From positions 189,844,001-189,908,000 of the forward strand of contig OZ024740.1 in assembly GCA_964016885.1 (NCBI GenBank): a stretch of DNA of 64,000 bases, read 5' to 3'. Of the stretch, positions 54,190 through 64,000 are shown in pieces. The notes beneath the pieces were generated by a model. The model was given only the letters and a program-made list of their open reading frames with translations, was not told where the DNA came from and made no database searches. This stretch comes from Eledone cirrhosa. Lineage: Eukaryota. Both the position numbers and the translations under genes were made by a program. How positions within the stretch are numbered: position 1 is the first letter of the stretch; the number at the start of each line of letters is the position of its first letter.

Positions 54190-57100
54190 ATGGCCAATAT
54201 AAGAGTTGGATGTGTGAACGTACGCGGCCTGGGGATGCCCTGGAGACAGGGCAAACTATTAAACGACCTCAGGTCGCACAGTTTGGATGTGGTAGCCATT
54301 TGCGAGTCCAGGATCCACGGCGAGCGACAGCTGGCCCCCATCTTCGATGACTTTGAGATCTACGCATCTCTCTGTCAACCGGGGGGGTTGGGGGCGGAGT
54401 TGCCGTTTTGCTGCGGAAACACCTGGGCCTCGTAACACAGACGGTACATCTGGACCCGGAGGGTCGACTGGTGGTCCTAGACGTTGAAGGTAGTGAAGGT
54501 GGAGCGTTCAGGCTGGTGGCCGCATATTCCCCATCCGGGACACCGCGGCCAGACTTCTTCAAACGTCTAGAGACTTTTCTGGGAACGTCCCGCTCCTTGC
54601 TTTTAGTGGGGGACTGGAATGGAATCCTAGATGCACGTTGGGACTATGTGGGAGCATGTCCCGATAAAGGGGGGTGTAACAGCCTCAAACAGTTAAACGA
54701 CCGATTTGACCTGGCCGATAGATATCGACTAGATTTTCCGACTGCGCCACTGTGGACGTGGAGTAATCGTAGCGGAACATCCAGATCGTACCTAGATAGG
54801 GTTCTAGTTAGAAATAAGGATAGGGACATGTTAAGCTGTCCACAAATGTTCATTGTTGCCTATTCAGATCACAAACTAGTGACCTGCATGGCCAACCTTG
54901 ATAGAACCCATAGACAAGGACCCGGCTACTGGAAGCTGAACTTGTCGTTACTGACAAGCAAAGCCTACAGTAGACGGATTAGCACTTTAGTTAAACAGCA
55001 CTTGACAGGGGCCATTGTCAACAACAGATGGTGGTACTCTCTCAAGAGGGCAGCTAGATTAGACTCGATAGTTTTTAGTAAATAATTAGCGTTAGATAGA
55101 AATAGAACCGAGAAGGAACTGGTAGATAAAGTAGAAGAGGCAATTAGAAGTGGCAACGTAGCCAGCGTTCTAGCAACGAGAACGGCCTTGGACCAGTTCT
55201 TCGACTCAAAGCACGAGGGCTGCGTTGTCAGAAGCAAAATGCGTGCTCTGGGAAACGAGGGAGCCAAAGCTGTTAGCTGGGCCCGAGTGACGGAGGCAAA
55301 AAGTGGCAACAAGTCCACGATTCGGTCTTTGAAGGACCAAAACGGACGCGTGATACGTGAGCCGAAGCAGATGTGTGCGGCTTTTCAGCGGCACTTTGCT
55401 CGGCTGTTCGGGGGGAGCGGCGCGCCGGGAGAGGCTATGGATCTCGGTCCATACCTCGACGGCCTACCGCGACTCTCGGACAGCGGGGCGAAGTTCTGCG
55501 AAAAGCCGATTTCAGCCACTGAGATAGGGGACGCGCTGAGCCAATGCGGCAAACGCAAATCTCCAGGTCTCGACGGTCTACCCTACGAATTTTACGTAGC
55601 AATGCCGGACTTATTCTCCGGTCTCCTGGAAGCGGTCTACTGCAACTGGCAACAGAACGGGAGAATTCCCAGTTCTGTAACCGGGGACGTGGTCACACTA
55701 ATCAGGAAGGACGAGAATAAGGGTGATGACATAGGCAACTTCCGGCCCATACCTCTGCTAAACACAGAGTTACAGATTTTGGCAAAGGTGTTGGCAAAGA
55801 GGCTGGCGCTTGTCGTCGAGAACCTGGTGGGAGAAGCGCAGACATGCGCGATCCCGACCAGGTCCATAAACGACAACCTCCACCTCATGCGATACATCAT
55901 AGAGAGGGTAGGGTGTAAACCCGGCTTCGGTGGGGCCCTGTTCAACTTGGATCAGTCTAAGGCTTTCGATAGGGTTGACCATCGTTACCTGGATGCGGTG
56001 CTCGAGGCGGCAGGCTTCGGACCCGTGTTCAGGGGCTGGATTGCTGCAATGCACAACAGCAACATCTGCTCAAGGGTCAAGGTGAACGGTTACCTCTCGG
56101 AGCCGTTCCATATTACGCGATCCATTCGACAGGGATGCCCTCTCTCCTCCCTTCTGTACGTACTGACTCTCGAGCCACTACTGCGGAAGCTGGAGCTATT
56201 GCAGGGTATCCCTCTGGAGCAGGGACTGCGGAAAGCGGCGTCGGCATACGCCGACGACGTGACAGTAATGGTGTCGAGCGCCTCGCAAATCGAGGAAGTC
56301 GGCACCTTACTAAAGGAATACGAAAGTCTCACAGGAGCGAAGCTGAACCGGGACAAGTCCATCGGTTTGCAACTCGGATCGTGGAGAGGCAGACCGATGC
56401 CTTCCGATGGCGTCGTCGGACGCTGGACGGAAGGACCGGTAAAGCTGCTCGGGGTCTGGTTTGGTCCGGACCTCCAGGTGGAGAAGAACTGGAACGAAGT
56501 GACGGCCAAGGTGTTTGCACTCACCCAGAAGTGGGCCGAGTGCAAACTATCCTTGAAACGTCGAGCGGAGGTGGCGAACACTTTTATAGCGTCCGCCATC
56601 TACTACCGCTTGACCGTCGTGCCTTGTACAGCCAAAACGCTCGCCAAAATGGAGCGCGCGCTCTTCCGATTCCTTTGGAAGAGGCGGGCTCCTTTGGTGA
56701 GAAGATCCATCTGCTGCCAACACCCTTCTAACGGAGGGCTGGGGATGCCGTGGTTGACGATGCGCAAACACGCGCTCAGGCTGCGGCATCTCTACGTATT
56801 CCTCACCGGACAACCGGTGTGGGCCCCGTTCGTGAGGCGAGCCTTCCCACGACTCGTCTCGCTGACCGAGCTGCAGTCCTGGGTCAAGCAGAGACCGAGG
56901 AAAATGAGCGACTGGCACATCGAATGTGCTCAGGCGCTCACAGCCCTCTGGCAGGCTGACCCGGCGATCAGTGGAGACTCCACTTCATCATTCTATAGAG
57001 GGTTGGTCCGCAGCAAGTGCGACGACGCGCTCGGTGAAACTCTAGGCGTAGAGGAAGATGAACTGGCCAGTCTGTTCGGTAGGACCTTCCGCCCGGGACC

Positions 57101-57629
57101 GATGGACAACTTCCAAAAGTCCCTGGCCTGGCAATGCTACCGAGGAGCTCTACCAGTTCGAGACAAGCTCTACAGACATGGGCGCCCGGGCAGGGACCCT
57201 GCAAAAAAAATCTGTCCGAGGTGCGTGCGAGACGAAGAAACCGTCGCGCACGCATTCATACACTGCCCGGGCGTCACTGACCTGTGGGGCTATGTAGAAC
57301 GACTATTGTCGCGGGTGGGACCGATCCAGTTGACCACCGAGTCCATTGTCATGATCAAACCGCCACCCTCCTTCAAAAACGAAGGAGAGGCGGTTTTCCT
57401 TTGTGTGATAGCTATGGCGAAAGAGGTTGTATGGTGGACAAGGTTGAAAGGGCTGAGGTCAGACACCTTTCTCTCCGGCCAACAACTGATTCTTTTTTTC
57501 AAATACCACTTTGGAAGAAGAATCAGGATGGAGAGAGAGGTGCTGTACCCCAGCAAGTTTTATGAAAGGTGGGTGAAAGTGGCGAGAATGGCCCGAGTGA
57601 ATGGGCCTTCTCTCTATATCAGCCTGTAG
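54190..57629 (+). pseudogene. LINE ORF2: AP endonuclease, RT, C-terminal zinc finger; one frameshift (G-run near 54385) and one TAA (55083-55085)
   Basis: NVRGL, GDWN, SRSYLDR, SDH, KSPGLDG, FRPIPLLN, DQSKAFDRV, IRQGCPLS, YADD, CPRC..ETVAHAFIHC. Confidence 0.93.
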
Positions 57630-57865
57630 GTTGAGGAAAAGGAGGAGGAGAGGAAAGGAGTACAAGCTCTTCGTACTCCTGGAGATGAGGATTGCACATT
57701 TTTTTCGGGGGTATGTGTTACCCATATAAACTGTCTCCCGCTATTGGGGAAAATCGACTAACTTTTAAATTCCATCTGTGATAACATTTTAAACGTTTTT
57801 ATTGTATGTAAACTTCCCCCTTTGTATTTGTCCCCTTCTGTTGTGCCCCTGTGGCTAATAAAGAA

Positions 57866-57927
<62 letters not shown>

Positions 57928-58232
57928 ATATCTATCTATCTATCTGTCTGTCTATCTCTCTATCTATTGGCTTTAAAAAATGCCTTAAAAGACATTGCTT
58001 TTATTCAGAAGGGTAGACTCTACGGGAGTTTATCCATTCTAATGAAAGACTAATTGACGGCACAGAAATATTCTGTGTCGCCAATTGTGTCACCGCTGTT
58101 CACCTTTTTCCTCACTTACATGGGGATATGAACACAGAAAATAAAAATCCAAAGTATCACACCAAATATTGATATTTGGTGGGTACTATGTGGATTTTGA
58201 AACCACGAAACAGCCTATATAATATCCGGCCA

Positions 58233-61200
58233 CCTGTTCAGCGGAACCAGCCTGGAAGTTCTGGTCCAAATGACACCAGAACGAATAGCGAGGATCCCGG
58301 AACGTGTGTTGCTGGATGGGCATATATACATAAACATTTCGGTTGAGGGTAGGCGGCCCTCATGTTACCACTGCTCAAGCAGGGGTCACCTGAGAACTTC
58401 CTGTCCTCAGCTAACTAGCCAAAGGAAAGGCACTACTGCCAACACCTGCAACACCAGCACAACAATCACCACCACCACCACAATAACAACAACATTAAAA
58501 ATAGTGACAACAAAATAAACGACAAACAAAGTAGCACCAAACCCCCAACTAAAATAACTCCAGAAACACCCATACACATAACAGATCCCCAAAATGGACT
58601 CCTCGCCAACAACACGGATGAGGCCTCATCATCGTCACCTAGTGACGATGAGGGAGAGTCTCTCCGATCAGTAAAAGAAAAAAGAAAAGACATAACACAA
58701 ACAAAAATGCAACAAACACACAAATACCAACACAAGCGACGCAAACAGCACAAACAAAAACACCCCCTCCTGAAAACAAAACACCTACTACAAAATGTAA
58801 ACACTCACAAGAACCACAGACAAAAAGCCACCCAACACAACAAAAATGTTACACCTACATGAATACTAACAATCAAATTTTAACAGACACTAAATATAAA
58901 AACCCTTCGGTGGAAACCGAAGGGAAAACTTTTACACACTCTTTGGAGAATCCTAATCTTAAAATGATTAGGACCTCCATGGACAAACATAAACAGTTAA
59001 AAGAGAAATTTCCTAACGACGTAGGTAACCCCTGCGTCAAACCCTACAATGGAGTCCTGCTAAAATGTTTCCCAACCCCCACCCCCATCCCAACAAACAC
59101 CCCCTCCCTACCAAACATCTCTGACCCCACCCCTCCGGAGACCACCACCCCACCAAACAACCCGTCCAACACCCCCATGGAAATTGTGCAGCCTGGACCC
59201 CAGGTGACGAAGAGGTGAGTGATTTCTTTTCCTCTTCTTTTAAATTTTCAGCACCAACATGGCCAATATAAGAGTTGGATGTGTGAATGTACGCGGCCTG
59301 GGGATGCCCTGGAAACAGGGCAAACTCTTAAACGACCTCAGGTCGCACAGTATGGATGTAGTAGCTATTTGCGAGTCCAAGATCCCCAGCGAGCGACAAC
59401 TGGCCCCCATCTTAGACGACTTTGAGATCTACACATCTCTCTGTCAACCCGGAGATGGGGGTGGGTTTGCCGTTTTGCTGCGGAAACACCTGGACCTTGT
59501 ACACATACGGTACATCTGGACCCGGAGGGTCGACTGGTAGTCCTAGACGTTGAAGGTAGTGAAGGTGGAGCCTGCAGGCTGGTGGCCGCATATGCCCCAT
59601 CCGGGACACCGCGGCCAGACTTATTCAAACGTTTAGATACTTTTCTGGAAATGTCCCGCTCCCTGCTGTTAGTGGGGACTGGAATGGAATCCTAGATGCA
59701 CGTTGGGACTATGTGGGAGCATGTCCCCATAGAGGGGGGGGTGTAACAGCCTCAAACAGTTAATCGGCCGATTTGACCTGGCCGATACATATCGACTAGT
59801 GTCACTCTGGACGTGGACTAATCGTAGGGGAACATCTAGATCGTACCTAGATAGGGTTCTAGTTAGAAAGAAGGATAGAGACATGTTAAGCTGTCCACAA
59901 ATGTTCATGGTTGCCTATTCAGATCACAAATTAGTGACCTGCTTAGTCTACCTTGACAACACCCATAGAGAGAGACCCGGCTCTGGAAGCTGAACTTGTC
60001 GTTACCGACATGCAAAGACTACAGTAGACGGATCGGCACTTTAGTTAAGCAGCACTTGTCAAGGGCCATTCAACAACAGATGGTGGTACTCTCTCAAGAG
60101 GGCAGTTAGATTAGACTCGATAGGTTTTAGTAAATAATTAGTGTTAGATAGAAATAAGACCGAAAAGGAACTGGCTGATAAAGTAGAAGAGACACTTAGG
60201 AGTAGCAACGTAGCCAGCGTGCTAGCGACGAGAATGGCCTTGGAGTAGTTCTTCGACGCAAAGCATGAAGGCAGTGTTGTCAGAAGCATATATGTGATCT
60301 GGGAAATGAGGGAGCCAAAGCTGTTAGCTGGGCCCGAGTGACGGAGGCGAAAAGTGGCAACAAGTCCAGGATTCGGTCTTCGAAGGACCAAGACCGACGA
60401 TTAATCGTGAGCCGAAGCAAATGTGCGCGGCCTTTCAGCGGCACTTTGCTCAACTGTTCGGGCAGGACGGCGCGCCCGGAGGGGCTATGAATTTCGGTTC
60501 ATACCTCGACGGCCTACCGCGACTCACGGACAGCGAGGCGAAGTTCTGTGAAAGGCCTATTTCGGCCGCTGAGATAGGGGACGCGCTGAGCCAATGAGGC
60601 AAACGCAAATCTCCAGGTCTCGATGGTGTACCCTACGAATTTTACGTAGCAATGCCGGACTTGTTCTCCGGTCTCCTGGAAGCGGTCTACTGCAACTGGC
60701 AACAGAACGGGAGAATTCCCAGTTCTGTGACCAAGGGCGTAATCACGTTAGTCAGGGAGGACGAGAACAATGGGGATGACAGGCAACTTCCGGCCCATAA
60801 CTGCTCAACACAGAGTTACAGATTTTGGCCAAGGTTTTGGCAAAGAGGCTGGGGCTTGTCGTCGAAAACATGGTGGGAGAAGCGTAGACATGCGCAATCC
60901 CGACCAGGTATATACTCGACAAGATCCACCTTATGCGATACATCATAAAAATGGTAGGGTGTAAACCCGGCTTCGGTGGGGCCCTGATCAGTCTAAGGCT
61001 TTCGATAGGGTTGACCATCGTTACCTGGACGCGGTGCTCGAGGCGGCAGGCTTCGGACCCGTGTTCAGGGGCTGGATTGCTGCAATGCACAGCAGCAACA
61101 TCTGCTGAAGGTTCAAGGTGAACGGCTACCTCTCGGAGCCGTTCCGTATCACGCGATCCATCCGACAGGGATGTCCTCTCTCCTCCTTTCCGAACGTACT

Positions 61201-62880
61201 GACTATCGAGCCACTACTGCGGAAGTTGGAGCTATTGCAGGGCATACCTTTGGAACCGGGACTGCGAAAAGCGGCGTCGGCATACGCCGACGACTTATCA
61301 GTAGTGGTGTCGAGCACCTCGCTAATCGGGGAGATCGGCACCTGACTGGATGAATACGACTGGTTCACAGGAGCGAAGCTGAACCGTGACAAATACGTCG
61401 GTTTGTAACTTGGAACGTGGAGAGGCAAACTGATGTCTTCCGATGACGTCGTCGGACGCTGGACGGAAGGACGGGTAAAGCTGCTCGGGGTCTGGTTTTG
61501 TCGGGACCTCGAGGTGGAGAAGAACTGGAACGAGGTGACGGCCAAGGTGTATGCGCTCACACAGAAGTGGTCCGAGTGCAAACTATCCTTGAAAGGTCGA
61601 GCAGAGGTGGCGAACACTTTTATAGCGTCCGTCATCTACTCGACCGTCGTGCCTTCTCCAGCCAAAACGCGCGCTCTTCCAATTGCTTGGGAAGAAACGG
61701 GCTCCTTTAGTGAGAAGATCCATCTGCTGCCAACACCCTTCAAACGGAGGGCTGGGGAAGCCGTGGCTGACGATGCACAAACACGCGCTCAGGCTGTGGT
61801 ACCTCCACTTATTCCGCACCAGACAACCGGTGTGGGCCCCGTCGTGAGGCGAGCCCTCCCACGACTCGTCTCGCTGAACGAGCTGCAGTCCTGGGTCAAG
61901 CAAAGACCGAGGAAAATGGGCGACTGGCACATCGCATGTGCTCAGGCGCTCACAGTCCTCTGGCAAACGGACCCGGCGATCAGTGGAGACTCCACGTCGA
62001 CATTCTATAGATGGTTGGTCCGCAGCAAGTGCGACGACACGCTCGGAGAAACTCTAGGCGTAGAGGAAGCTGAACTGGCCAGTTTGTTCGATAGGACCTT
62101 CCACCCGGGACCAATGGACATCTTCCAAATGTCCCTGGCCTGGCAGTGCCACTGAGGAGCTCTACCAGTTCGAGACAAGCTCTACAGCCAGGGGCGCCCG
62201 GGTAGGGACCCTTCGAAAAAGATCTGTCCGATATGCGTACGCGAGGAGGAGAGCGCCGCACACCCATTTGTACACTGTCCGGGCGTTACCGACCTGTGGG
62301 GCTACGTTGAACAGCTATTGTCGCGGGTGGGACCAATCCAGTTGACCACCAAGTCCATTGCCATGATCAAACCGCTACCCTCCTTCAAAAACGAGGGAGA
62401 GGTGGTTTTCCTATGTGTTATGGCTATGGTATAAGAGGCTATATGGTGGACGAGGTTAAAAGGGCTGAGGTCAGACATCTATCTCTCCGGCAAGCAACTG
62501 ATTGGGTTTTCAAATATCAATTTGGAAGAAGAATCAGGAAGGAGAGAGAGGTGCTGTACCCCAGCAAATTTTATAAAAGGTGTGTGAATGTGGCAAAGAT
62601 GGCCCGAGAGGTTGGGCCTTCTCTCTATATAAGCCTGTAGGTTGAGGAAAAAGAGGAAGAGGGAAAGGGAGTACTCACTCTTGGTGCTCCTGGAGATGAG
62701 GGTTGTACATATTTTCGGGGTGTGTACAACCCCTGTGTAACACCTCCCCCCTATTGGGGATTCCAATTGATATTTGTTATTGTATTAGTAGTTTTATTTT
62801 CATATACCTGTATGTAAACACCCCATTTGTATTTTCCCCTTCTTTTGTGCCCTTGTGTCTAATAAATAAATTTATCTATC
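58233..62880 (+). mobile_element. L1/Tx1-type LINE, copy 2 (many stops and frameshifts)
   Basis: Colinear with copy 1 from ORF1 to the AATAAA/tctatcta tail. Confidence 0.93.
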
Positions 62881-62938
<58 letters not shown>

Positions 62939-63100
62939 TTATATATATATATATATATATATATATGTAGATAAATCTACCAAGAGTTTACGATAGTGTC
63001 CAATCCGTATGAAGAACTCAATGTATTCCGGATATCATGGAAAGAAGAGATGTAATGAAAAATCACTTTCGATGAAAGATAAACGGAATACAGAGTCAAG

Positions 63101-63381
63101 ATAAAATATTAAACAAATAATGAATAAAACAATGAAACAGTTCCTTATATTAAACAAAAAAAGTTCATTATTTCTGAAGACGGCATATATGTGTGTTTGG
63201 TATGTATATTTAATCTTGATAGTTTGTATAATTTTGTATAATTTTGTACATAGATCTGTTGAATATGCATGCCAATTCTAACACATATATATCCTGTAAA
63301 CGATCGTTAAATAATGAACTTTTTTTGTTTAATATAAGGAACTGTTTCATTGTTTTATTCATTATTTGTTTAATATTTTAT
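63101..63381 (+). ncRNA. 280-nt rod-like hairpin with hammerhead-like junction
   Basis: 63101-63173 pairs perfectly with 63309-63381. CTGAAGA at 63174-63180 lies opposite gTAAA-cgatcg-TT at 63296-63308. The inner stem is rich in G:U pairs. Confidence 0.6.
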
Positions 63382-63400
63382 ATATATATATATATTTATA

Positions 63401-63448
<48 letters not shown>

Positions 63449-63601
63449 TATTGATTATTTGTTGGTTGTCTACCGACACCTCACTATGCAGATTGGAGCA
63501 CTTGGCAAAGTACGCAGGTTGCTTTGTTTACTCCGGAGTAATGTAAAATAATTAAGTCAAATTTGTAAATTTTGACTTCGTTTATTATAAATGATAGCTT
63601 G

Positions 63602-63654
63602 CTGCTATATATATTTCGTTGACAACAATTATTGGCTGTGAACTCGTCATGCAG
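63602..63654 (-). ncRNA. Minimal HHR with C3A substitution
   Basis: ctgc-ATGACGA-gtt c acagc..gttgt c aac-GAAA-tatata-TA-gcag. Confidence 0.6.
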
Positions 63655-64000
63655 TCCGAATTGGTGTGGAAAAGACAGGTACACATGTTGTTGAAGTGTG
63701 TTCCACTCTGTCAATACATCGATATATCCAGCTCCTGCGTGTGTTGTTAGTCCTCCGAGGAACTGGAATCATATGGCCTAGAACAAACGAATTTCAACAT
63801 CAGAGGACACGCTCGTATCTCATTGGTCAGTTGACAGCGCATTCCCCAGTCGAAAATCTATAGAAATTCTTCTGAGACAGGTCAGCCTGTAATAGTTGTT
63901 TTTATCAGAATGTTTCAGCATAGCTGACCTCCTTTACTGCGTCGGATTGCCTGAAGAAATCTCAGGCAATAATGGCTGTCACCGAAATATATATATAGAA

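Larger units (their letters stand above)
53139..57870 (+). mobile_element. L1/Tx1-type LINE, copy 1 (nearly intact), between (TCTA)n tracts
   Basis: ORF1 plus ORF2. AATAAA at 57857. (TCTA)n at 52971-53008 and 57867-57945. Confidence 0.93.

Noticed and set aside
54644-62766. Overlapping antisense and alternate-frame ORFs within the LINEs
   Set aside because: Shadow ORFs of GC-rich coding sequence with no independent motifs.
63866-64000. Multi-hairpin region ending gtcaccGAAAtatatata
   Set aside because: The core is incomplete and the window ends, so it cannot be called.

Overview
AT-rich, microsatellite-dense eukaryotic DNA with no recognisable host gene. The tRNA-derived SINE families and repeat landscape suggest a coleoid cephalopod such as Octopus (inference). 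Nearly everything interpretable is mobile DNA. It includes at least six Penelope-like element (PLE) copies of two clades with pseudo-LTRs, two tandem L1/Tx1-type LINEs, RTE-type LINE remnants, a pogo/Tigger-type deletion derivative and about 12 SINE copies. The main signal not shown by the ORF track is a dense set of more than 20 hammerhead ribozyme (HHR) motifs, intact or degenerate, from about 10 sequence families, almost all beside (TA)n tracts. Among them are a U3-A8 covariant core, a U4A core recurring in four copies, a 466-nt structured tandem repeat resembling a retrozyme, bare ~68-nt HHR cassettes in (TA)n, fold-back palindromes with an HHR on both strands, and a 280-nt rod with an HHR-like junction. 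All folds were paired by eye; no activity is shown.
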